From: Candidatus Hydrogenedentota bacterium
GTDB taxonomy: Bacteria; Hydrogenedentota; Hydrogenedentia; Hydrogenedentales; SLHB01
Length of the DNA: 64,000 bases
Assembly: GCA_963674865.2 (NCBI GenBank)
Contig: CAXXYE010000008.1
Span: 224,001-288,000, forward strand
Direction: 5' to 3'
The translations under genes and the position numbers were made by a program. Below, piece after piece: positions 1 through 8,239 of the stretch. The notes beneath the pieces are model-generated. The model was not told the DNA's origin. It was given only the letters and a program-made list of their open reading frames with translations, and searched no databases. Position 1 is the stretch's first letter, and every line of letters starts with the position of its first letter.

Positions 1-472
1 AGCCAGGAATAACCAGACGGCCGCTCGCCAATTGAATGCTCACGCCGGGGCCCGGGACGAACGTGTCGTCGTAGTCGGCGATCTGCCGCGCCATGTCGAC
101 AGGCGCGCTCCAGGTTTCGCCGCTGTCGGTGCTGGTAACCACCAAGTGCCGGTGGCGCCCGTGAGCGCGTTTGTGGGCATCGATGCAAAACAGCAGAATC
201 GAGCCGCTCGATGTGTCGACGACTGGACAGGGATTCATGATCGCCTCGCTGCCTTCACCGGGGATGATTGTCTGCATAGGGAGCCATGCCCGGCCGTCGT
301 CGACGCTTCTGCGCACCACGAGAGCGGTGGGACTTGCGTCCGCGATGGATTCTTTTCGCGCTTCGCAGAACACCGCCAAGGCGCCGTCCGGACAGCGCAG
401 CATCGCCGGTATTCGATATGTGTTGATGCCCTCGTCTCCGCCGACGAATACGTCTGTGCTTTCAGGGCGCAT
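1..472 (-). CDS. Sialidase/neuraminidase (GH33-like), runs off the window edge
   Basis: Not in the ORF track. Manual translation from ATG 472 (RBS AAGGAG) gives MRPESTDVFVGGDEGINTYRIPAML..., with a YRIP motif and two Asp-boxes (SVDDGRAW, STDSGETW). The frame is open to position 1. Confidence 0.9.
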   Translation of the reverse strand, partial: MRPESTDVFVGGDEGINTYRIPAMLRCPDGALAVFCEARKESIADASPTALVVRRSVDDGRAWLPMQTIIPGEGSEAIMNPCPVVDTSSGSILLFCIDAHKRAHGRHRHLVVTSTDSGETWSAPVDMARQIADYDDTFVPGPGVSIQLASGRLVIPG

Positions 473-758
473 TGGTTTTCTCCTTGGCGCTTGGTTTGTT
501 GGAAGAGTGTACTCCATTTTCCGTATATGGGGCACGGACTCACCGACGGCCGTCGCCAATTGTCCTTAGCGGGCGCCTACCGAGATGCGTTGGGGCGAGC
601 CGGCCTATTGCTCCGGAAGTCACGGGCCATCCCAGCGGCTCTTTGAACCGCAGCGATGCATTTTGTTCCAATGAAGTCGTCGTTTGGCAAGACACCACGG
701 CTTGAAGCTCCTCGCCCGGTGGTTCTTGCTGGACTCGATGAGATCGGAAACCACCACG

Positions 759-2156
759 ATGCAAGATAATGCCTGCTTCTCACGAAGGACTCTTCTTCGC
801 AGTACGTCCGCTATGGCCGCCGCCTTCGCCGGTACGTCCTCGGTGGGCGCGCCGCATGAAGCTCAAGTGACGGCGGGCCCATTCGTTGCCGATGCCTCTC
901 GGCAAATCCCCCTCAAGGAATCGACGGATGTCGTGGTGTGCGGCGCGGGGCCGGCAGGGGTGACGGCGGCCATTGCCGCGGCGAGGAATGGGGCGCGTAC
1001 GCGCCTTATCGAGGTCAATGGGTGTCTCGGCGGCGTGTGGACGGCCGGCTTGCTCACGGTAGTGCATGATTTTGCGAACAAGAGAGGTCTGCTGGCTGAG
1101 TACATCCGCCGACTGACGGGGCAGCGCAGCTCCATGAGCTATGGGCGCGTCTGGGCCTATCGCCCCGAGCAGATGAAGTGGCTTCTCGAACGGATGTGCG
1201 AGGAATCGGGCGTGGATGTCCGGCTTCATACGCGCTGCGCCGGCGCCCTTGTTGAGCAGGGATGCCTTCGCGGCGTGATCACGGAATCGAAATCCGGTGG
1301 GGAGGCCTTCTCCGGCAAGGTGTTCATCGACGCCACCGGCGACGGCGATCTTTCGGCGCAGGCGGGCTGTGCCTACGATTATGGCCGTGAAGGCGATGGG
1401 GATGGCCAGCCGATGTCTCTCATCGCGCTTGTCGGCGGCGTGAAGCGCGAGGAAGTCGCGCGATTTGTACGGGGCCTTGCCGAACCTCTCGGGTATGATC
1501 CGAAGAAGGAGTTGCTGGAGGAATTGAAGCGGGCGGGAATTGCTCCTTCTTACGGTGCTCCGTCCCTTTTCAATATGCCCGGCGATCTTCTCTGCATGAT
1601 GATCACGCACGTGTATGGTGTCCGTGGTTTCGACGCGGATGACGTGACACGCGCCACCATGGACGCGCGCAAGGAAGTGCATGCCGCCGTCGAGGCCCTT
1701 CGAGCGCTGGGGGCGCCATGGGCGAATCTTGAGATCGCCGCTACCGCCGAGCACATCGGCGTACGCGAAGGCCGCCGCATCCGCGGCCGCTATACAGTGA
1801 GCGAGGAGGACTTGGCCCAAGGCCGAAAGCACGAGGACGCGATCTGCCGGGTGGCGTTCGGCGTTGACGTCCACTCGCCGGATCCGGACAAGGGGAAGGA
1901 TTTCGATCACGGGAAAACGCGGGCGAAGCCATACGATATCCCTTACAGAGCGCTGCTGCCGCTGGATGTGCAGGGCTTGCTTATGGCCGGGCGGTGCATC
2001 AGCGGCGACTTCATCGCACACAGCAGCTACCGCGTTACCGGGAACGCCGTCGCCCTTGGCGAGGCCGCCGGCATCGGGGCAGCGCTCGCCGTGTCGGAAG
2101 GCCGCCTCCCGGATGAGGTGCCTTGGGAGGAGATGAAGAAGCGGCTGCCCTCATAG
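759..2156 (+). CDS. Tat-exported FAD-dependent oxidoreductase
   Basis: Twin-arginine SRRTLL signal; Rossmann motif VVVCGAGPAG; IDATGDGD; REGRRIRG; YDIPYRALLP...AGRCIS. Start at 759 preferred over the ORF-track start at 684. Confidence 0.85.
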   Translation: MQDNACFSRRTLLRSTSAMAAAFAGTSSVGAPHEAQVTAGPFVADASRQIPLKESTDVVVCGAGPAGVTAAIAAARNGARTRLIEVNGCLGGVWTAGLLTVVHDFANKRGLLAEYIRRLTGQRSSMSYGRVWAYRPEQMKWLLERMCEESGVDVRLHTRCAGALVEQGCLRGVITESKSGGEAFSGKVFIDATGDGDLSAQAGCAYDYGREGDGDGQPMSLIALVGGVKREEVARFVRGLAEPLGYDPKKELLEELKRAGIAPSYGAPSLFNMPGDLLCMMITHVYGVRGFDADDVTRATMDARKEVHAAVEALRALGAPWANLEIAATAEHIGVREGRRIRGRYTVSEEDLAQGRKHEDAICRVAFGVDVHSPDPDKGKDFDHGKTRAKPYDIPYRALLPLDVQGLLMAGRCISGDFIAHSSYRVTGNAVALGEAAGIGAALAVSEGRLPDEVPWEEMKKRLPS

Positions 2157-2199
2157 GGCCACATGCTGGAACCGGGCCGCTTTGGCGGGCTTCCTGAGC

Positions 2200-4203
2200 C
2201 TACTTCCTTCGGTAATACAGGATCGCGCTGCCGGGCGCTGCTGGAATGCTGACGGAATAGGCGCCCAGTTCAACGCCGGGGACTTCGGCGCTCTCCGGCC
2301 CGTCTTCATATGTGACTACGTAGGTTGTCTCACCATCCACGGCTCTCAGAGGAAGCTTAGCCTGTAAGTAGGGCGAGTTCTCCCGGCGGAATAGCAAGGC
2401 GAAGCCGGCATCAAGGTCGGGGCGATGGAATTGGAAGCCGTACCAGACGCTCTCGTCGGCGAGATGTGGGAAGAGCGGGTAGAAATCGCCGAGCATGAAG
2501 GGCCGGAGCTTGTGGTAGATGGCCACGGTGCGCCTTGCGGCGAGTTCCATCTCGGGGTCGTCCGAGGAGAGATTGCCACCGACAAGGATGTTTCCGGTAG
2601 TCATGCCGCTGCGGAAGAGGTAGGAGGGCTCGAAGCCGAAGTTGCCGCAGCCGTGAAGGGGCAGCCAGCGGAAGAGGCCGCCGTTCTGCAGTTGATCGGC
2701 GGCGGCGTTCGGGCCGAAGCACTGGCGGTCGCTGTGCCATAGGGGAAGGCCGTAGCGGAGCGTTTCGAAGTCGATGCGCCGGCCGCCGCTGGCGCATACA
2801 TCGATCACGAGTCCGGGGTGCCTTGTCATGAGTTCCTCCCACATGGCGTACAAGCCCTCGATGTGACGGATCTCGGTGATGCCCTCGCGTTCGGGCGCGT
2901 CGTTAATCTTCCAGTACTCCAGCGGCTCCATGTTGAAGTCCCATCGAAGCCAGTCCAAGTCGGCCGCCATAATCTGCTCGTCGATATAGTCCGTGAGCCA
3001 AGCACGAGCCTCGGGGATATCCAGCCGGAAGAGGGACGTATGCCTAATCTTCGTGATCCACTCCGGGTGCAGTTCCTCGATACGCGTTCCCGGCGCCACC
3101 CGTTCCGGCTCAAACCACAAGAGGTATTCGAGGCCGGCGGCGTGCGCGGCCTCGCCGACGGGGGCCAGGCCGTGAGGGTACTTCGCCAAGTCGGGCTCCC
3201 ATGTTCCCGTGCCCTCGGGAAATCCTTTGGGATACCACTGCTGCGGGTCCATGTCCGACCAGAAGACTTCCACACCCCGTTGGGCGAAAGGCTGCATGGC
3301 GCGCACGTGCGGCCCCTCGTAGGAGCCGTCGGGATCGACCTCCGTTACCGAGGCGCATATGGGCGCGAGCACCACGGCACCATCGCGCCGCATGAGATTA
3401 TAAGCCAGCATCCATTGGCGGAAGAGATTGTTGCCGCGGAGGTCGTCATCGCCGCGCCAGAATTGAAGAAGGACGCGCGGCGTGCGGATCCCTTCGCCCG
3501 GATGCAAGCGCAGGCGGGTTGTCTGCATGCCGCAATCGACGCGAACACGCTCGTCCTCTTCGCAATGGAATCCGGCTTCCCACTGGCCGGCCCATCCGAT
3601 GGCCACGATGGCGCCGCCGTTTTCCCATTGGAGGTTAAAGAACGGCATATGCTCGTCGGAAGAGCGGCCACCGCGTGGGGCAAGCGTGAGCGATTGAGTT
3701 TTCTTGCCGTCGAGCGCGTCCGCGACGGGCATGAAGCTCCGCTCCGAGTTGTACTCGCCCAAGGCATGGTGGACTGTGCACGGCCATCCGGGAACGGGAA
3801 AGGGGCAATCCAGCGGACGGATCCGCTCAAGAAGCGGCGAGTCCGTATCCGCGGTGTTGCGCAGTTCGAGCAGTAACTCGATTGCCGCGTGCTCCGAGTA
3901 GGATACCGCGGTGTATGCGAGTTCGAGGCCGCTCTGGGGATCGGTTAAGGTCAGCACATGACGGACACGCTCCGGCCCTGCAGCCTCCTGTGAGCAAACT
4001 CGCTGCCATCGCGGCAGTGACTCCGCGGAGGGAGCGCCGTCGCACAGAAACGAGAAGGGCACCGGTGAGACCGATTCTTCGGCGAAGTACCTGCCGATCC
4101 ACTCTGCCGCATCTTGTGCCTCCTCGGGAGAGGCGGCCACCGCAGTGGCCGTGCGTGCGCCAAGGAGGAGAATCACCCCCACGATAAGCGTAGTCTTCAG
4201 CAT
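2200..4203 (-). CDS. Alpha-galactosidase (GH36-like), secreted
   Basis: Signal peptide; LLWFEPERV, RWDFN (nucleophile Asp), CASGGRRID, WHSD (acid/base Asp). Confidence 0.85.
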   Translation of the reverse strand: MLKTTLIVGVILLLGARTATAVAASPEEAQDAAEWIGRYFAEESVSPVPFSFLCDGAPSAESLPRWQRVCSQEAAGPERVRHVLTLTDPQSGLELAYTAVSYSEHAAIELLLELRNTADTDSPLLERIRPLDCPFPVPGWPCTVHHALGEYNSERSFMPVADALDGKKTQSLTLAPRGGRSSDEHMPFFNLQWENGGAIVAIGWAGQWEAGFHCEEDERVRVDCGMQTTRLRLHPGEGIRTPRVLLQFWRGDDDLRGNNLFRQWMLAYNLMRRDGAVVLAPICASVTEVDPDGSYEGPHVRAMQPFAQRGVEVFWSDMDPQQWYPKGFPEGTGTWEPDLAKYPHGLAPVGEAAHAAGLEYLLWFEPERVAPGTRIEELHPEWITKIRHTSLFRLDIPEARAWLTDYIDEQIMAADLDWLRWDFNMEPLEYWKINDAPEREGITEIRHIEGLYAMWEELMTRHPGLVIDVCASGGRRIDFETLRYGLPLWHSDRQCFGPNAAADQLQNGGLFRWLPLHGCGNFGFEPSYLFRSGMTTGNILVGGNLSSDDPEMELAARRTVAIYHKLRPFMLGDFYPLFPHLADESVWYGFQFHRPDLDAGFALLFRRENSPYLQAKLPLRAVDGETTYVVTYEDGPESAEVPGVELGAYSVSIPAAPGSAILYYRRK

Positions 4204-4313
4204 CTTTCCCCTACTCCATTACTTCCCGGTGTGGAAGGGTCTTGAGGGCCGGTGGCGCCACTTGGCTACACCGGGGCTTGGCCCACAACGCGCCGGCGCG
4301 GTTGTCTCGTTAC

Positions 4314-5780
4314 TTAACCACTCGTCTCATCTTGCTCGTCCAGCCACCAGAGGCCGTCCCATGGGCCGCCCGTGTTTTTCTGGGGCGCGCCGGGCGTACT
4401 GCGGCCGTCTCTGACGTAACCGGCCAGCAGGTTTTTCAAGTGGGTCACCACGTCAGGATGTTCCTCGCAGCGGTTCTTGCGCTCACCGATGTCCGCCTCC
4501 AGGTCGTAGAGTTGGACACGCGGCAGTCCGGCGCATTCCTTGCCCGGGCGCGGATAGCTCCATCCCCCCGAGCCGGGGCATAGCTCCAGTTTCCATCGCC
4601 CTTGCCTAATGGACAGCGAGCCGTTGATGGAGGTGTGCACCGTGGCTTCACGCAGTGGGTGAGTCAAGGATTTGCCGAGCCATACTGGGAGATTGCTGAT
4701 GCTGTCCTCCCCGGCGTCATCGGGCAGTTTCTCGCCTAGGATATCCGCACAGGTGGCCAATAGATCCACGAGGCACACCGTCTCGTCCGTCTTGGCGCCG
4801 GCCTGGATCCGCTCCGGCCAGCGGATGATGAGTGGGATTCGATGGCCGCCTTCATAGATGTCGGCTTTGTGGCCCCGGAACACGTAGCTGGGGTGATGGC
4901 CTACCTTCGCCAGCGCGTCGAAATCGGCCATCGGCGAGCACCCATTGTCGGATGTGAAAACCAGGATGGTGTCCTTCGCGATGCCGTTGCGTTCGAGGGC
5001 CGCCATCACCTGTCCCACCACGTCGTCAACCTGCAAACAGAAGTCGCCGTATGCGTTTGTGCCCGATTTCCCCTGGAACTTCGCCGTCGGGAGTATGGGC
5101 GTGTGCGGCGCGGGCAGCGGGAAGTACAGGAAGAAAGGCGCGTCTTTTCCCGCGTGGTCGTCAATATAGCGGATGGCCTCTTCCGTCAGTCGCGGGAGAA
5201 CCTCTTCATGCTTGAAATCCGGTGCGATGGGCCCAGCCCGCCAGAATTGCTGTCCCTTTCCTTCGGGCACGGTGCGCTCGGGCAGGGCCGTGGGCCGGTC
5301 ATTGCGCACATACACATACGGCGCCATGTCGAGCGACGCGCTGATGCCCATGAAGTAGTCGAATCCGACTGACGTCGGGCCGCCAGCGATGGGCTGGGAG
5401 AAGTCTACCTCCTCCGGGGCCTCACCCTTGAGGGCCCAAGTCCATCCCAGATGCCACTTGCCGATGCACGCCGTCGTGTAGCCGTGGCGTTTCAAGAAGG
5501 AGGCCGTCGTCATTCGTCCCTTCTCGATGATCGAGCCGTCATAGCCGTAGTTGACGCCCTCCTTGAGCACTGAGCGCCAGTTATACCGGCCCGTCAGAAT
5601 TCCGTAGCGCGATGGCGTGCAGACGGCCGAAGTAGCGTGTGCATCCGTGAATACAATTCCCTCATCCGCCAGCCGATCCAGGTGAGTGGTGTGAATCTTG
5701 GATTCTGTGTTCAGGCACGAGACATCCCCAAATCCCATGTCGTCGGCCAGGATGTATACGATGTTGGGCGGGTTCGGCAT
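4314..5780 (-). CDS. Arylsulfatase (S1 sulfatase)
   Basis: PNIVYILADDMG, formylglycine motif CTPSR, GKWHLG, FTSDNG; no signal peptide. Confidence 0.95.
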   Translation of the reverse strand: MPNPPNIVYILADDMGFGDVSCLNTESKIHTTHLDRLADEGIVFTDAHATSAVCTPSRYGILTGRYNWRSVLKEGVNYGYDGSIIEKGRMTTASFLKRHGYTTACIGKWHLGWTWALKGEAPEEVDFSQPIAGGPTSVGFDYFMGISASLDMAPYVYVRNDRPTALPERTVPEGKGQQFWRAGPIAPDFKHEEVLPRLTEEAIRYIDDHAGKDAPFFLYFPLPAPHTPILPTAKFQGKSGTNAYGDFCLQVDDVVGQVMAALERNGIAKDTILVFTSDNGCSPMADFDALAKVGHHPSYVFRGHKADIYEGGHRIPLIIRWPERIQAGAKTDETVCLVDLLATCADILGEKLPDDAGEDSISNLPVWLGKSLTHPLREATVHTSINGSLSIRQGRWKLELCPGSGGWSYPRPGKECAGLPRVQLYDLEADIGERKNRCEEHPDVVTHLKNLLAGYVRDGRSTPGAPQKNTGGPWDGLWWLDEQDETSG

Positions 5781-5933
5781 CTTTGTTTGTATTCCTTTGT
5801 TAAGCCATCCCTGCTGCTTCTCTCCAACTCGCTAGCGTTAGGTTATCCTTTATGGGCCCGTTGGTACTTTTCTCGACGGACAGCTCCTGGCCGCGGGCGG
5901 CGAGGAGGAGCGCGTTTTCGTCAGACGCCTCCG

Positions 5934-7955
5934 CTACTGTGCGTCGCCGGCCAGCGCGGCCAGGAGCGGCTCCAAGTCCATGCGCGTAAGTTCCCAGAAG
6001 CTGGTTGTGTGATACAGATCCGAGAAGTAGCTGCGTTCGTGCTCTTTCCGAAACGCGATCAGTTCCCGCAAGGCTTGCTTGGCTTCCTCCTCTCGGCCGG
6101 GCAGGAGGGCTCCCTCTCCGTCAAAGAGGGCCGTAAGTCGCGTGGCGAGTTGGGCGTGGTCAAGGCCGCTTTGGACGAATCGCACACGCTCCGCGAATTC
6201 GGGCAAGTCGCTGGCTTGCGCTTCGACACGTGCCTGTTCGAGCATGGCTTCGGCGGGGGTGAAGCATGCTGGAGGAAACGCGAGGTGGGCCCGGCGGACG
6301 TAGTTGCTGTAGCGCCAGTGTACATCTGAATACAGTTCGATGATCCGCATGCAATGCTCGAATGCGTAGTCTTCCCAGTAGACGAAGTAGCGATCCATGG
6401 TGTCGGCCGCAGGGCCAAAGGCGGCGCAGTACTCTTCACGGATGGTTGCCAGATCCAGTTCCGGCTTGTTCATTAGGCGGAAGTGCATGTATAGCCGGAG
6501 TCCCTGTGTGGCCCACTGGCCGGTGAGTGAATCGAAATCGGCGCCTTCCATGCCGTGTTCGTACGCGAATTTGAGGAATCCGCCCGACTGCCGGGTTTCA
6601 AAGTGCGGCATTACGTAGCCGTCGTGCAGATAGTTGGGCCGGTAGCCCATCCGCATGCCCGTTTGGCGCCATCCCAGCCACTGTTCCTTGATCCAGTCGA
6701 AGGCTTCATCCGGCATCGGCAAGTAGCGCAGGTGAGGATCTTGCCACTGCACGAACTCGGCGTAGATGTTCTTGTTGAGGCGAATGTCGGTTGTCGGCGC
6801 GGGGAGTTCATTTTCGTAGATGAAGGACCCGGAAACCAGGACGTGGGGATTGCGTTTTGACGCTTTCTCTTGGATGGTTTTCCAGAACCGCGCATAGCGA
6901 TCCGAAGTTGCTCCAGGGAAGAGTTCCTGGGCGCGAGGCTCGGTGGCGTAGACGCGTTCCGCGAACCAGGGGGGATGCGCCGGCTGCGGCCCGTCCCAGG
7001 CCCGGCAATTCTCACAGGTGCAGCGGCCGGGGCGGTCGACGGGCCCTAGCCTCAGGGTGGGGCCGCCGTCCCATTGTTCAATGATGAAGTCGTGCAAGTC
7101 GGGATTTGAGACGCACATCGGCACGTCGCGTTGATCCGTTTCGGAGGGGCCTCGTACTCCGTTCCGCCGGCGCGCGAACCATTCGGGGTGCTCTTGCCCG
7201 TAGCGTTTCCACCAGCCGGTGAACGCGTGTCCGCTGGGCGGCCTGGCATCCGAGCCGCCCATGCGGTTTCGGCGGAGCAGAACTTCCAGCGCTTTGCCGT
7301 AGCTGACGGCCACGTCGGGGCTGAATCCCAACTGGGCATCGCCGTCGCTCATGGTCGCGGAGCCGTGCGAGATGCTTCTGATTCTCCCCCAGCGTATGCC
7401 GCGGAAATTAAGCGCGGGGGCCTTGGTCTCGTTCACGGACCACAACTCGACGGTGTTTGTCTTGGGCACAAAAGTGCCCAGCTCGCCCGGCCATAACCAG
7501 CGCACGCCCAAGAAGCGTTCAAGGAACTCATATACGCCGAAGAGCGTGCCGACGTTGGAATTACTCTCGGCCAGCGGGTCGCCATCGTCTTCTCGGCCCA
7601 AGATGAAGAGGTCATTGCCCACCGAACGCAGCGTGAAGGTTTCGCGGGGCAGGCGCTCCGGATCCAATCCGCAGGCCAGAGCGGCCTCAGTGACACCGAT
7701 GTAGACGCGGGTCGGAACATCCTGAGGCGCATCCGCCTCCGTAACCACGTCCAAGGTTGCGCCGGTGGCCTGCGCCACGTGGTCAACGAGTTCTTCGGCG
7801 GCGTAGCGAGCCGTTGGGGTCGGCTCATTGGCGGTTACCACGACGGCGCGGGGGGCGCCGTCCCGCACCAGACTAACCTGAGCGGCGCAGGGCACCGATA
7901 GCAGGACTCCGGCCATCAGGCCGGCAAGGCCTACCGTGTTGTTTTGTATGCTCAT
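5934..7955 (-). CDS. DUF4838-like secreted glycoside-hydrolase-related protein
   Basis: Signal peptide; GH67/GH20-type N-domain (GTLFGVYEFLERFLGVRWLWPG); HPEWFA; C-terminal FGPAA motif. Confidence 0.7.
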   Translation of the reverse strand: MSIQNNTVGLAGLMAGVLLSVPCAAQVSLVRDGAPRAVVVTANEPTPTARYAAEELVDHVAQATGATLDVVTEADAPQDVPTRVYIGVTEAALACGLDPERLPRETFTLRSVGNDLFILGREDDGDPLAESNSNVGTLFGVYEFLERFLGVRWLWPGELGTFVPKTNTVELWSVNETKAPALNFRGIRWGRIRSISHGSATMSDGDAQLGFSPDVAVSYGKALEVLLRRNRMGGSDARPPSGHAFTGWWKRYGQEHPEWFARRRNGVRGPSETDQRDVPMCVSNPDLHDFIIEQWDGGPTLRLGPVDRPGRCTCENCRAWDGPQPAHPPWFAERVYATEPRAQELFPGATSDRYARFWKTIQEKASKRNPHVLVSGSFIYENELPAPTTDIRLNKNIYAEFVQWQDPHLRYLPMPDEAFDWIKEQWLGWRQTGMRMGYRPNYLHDGYVMPHFETRQSGGFLKFAYEHGMEGADFDSLTGQWATQGLRLYMHFRLMNKPELDLATIREEYCAAFGPAADTMDRYFVYWEDYAFEHCMRIIELYSDVHWRYSNYVRRAHLAFPPACFTPAEAMLEQARVEAQASDLPEFAERVRFVQSGLDHAQLATRLTALFDGEGALLPGREEEAKQALRELIAFRKEHERSYFSDLYHTTSFWELTRMDLEPLLAALAGDAQ

Positions 7956-8032
7956 TACAAATCCTTCCCTCTAGCTTTGGCCTGTGGCCGTCGCTTCTTC
8001 CGGTATGGCTTGCTCATGCGCCAGTAATGGCC

Positions 8033-8067
8033 GGATTCGAACCTGCGGCCCCCAGGCTATGGGCACG
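8033..8067 (-). pseudogene. Degenerate tRNA-Met 3' fragment (possible old att scar)
   Basis: + strand GGATTCGAACCTGCGGCCCCCAGGCTATGGGCACG is the reverse complement of a CAT anticodon arm plus T-arm (GCAGGTTCGAATCC); no 5' half and no CCA. Confidence 0.5.
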
Positions 8068-8239
8068 CCCAAGGCGATATGTCCTTATCCATTTGGCCGT
8101 TCTGGACTGCAGCGATGGCGGCTATTCAGCTCTACAAGCGTCTAGCATACATGTTCTCCATGTTCAGGGCGTTTTTCAAATCCCGAGGGTGGGAACACAG
8201 GCAAGACGGCCGGCGCCAATTCGTTGCCACGTCGGAAGA

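Noticed and set aside
32..646. 204-aa + strand ORF, representative of many long antisense ORFs (e.g. 780-2021, 2818-3876, 10701-11678, 35350-36708, 61743-62609)
   Set aside because: These are shadow frames of well-supported genes on the opposite strand, expected at high GC, and they carry no motifs.
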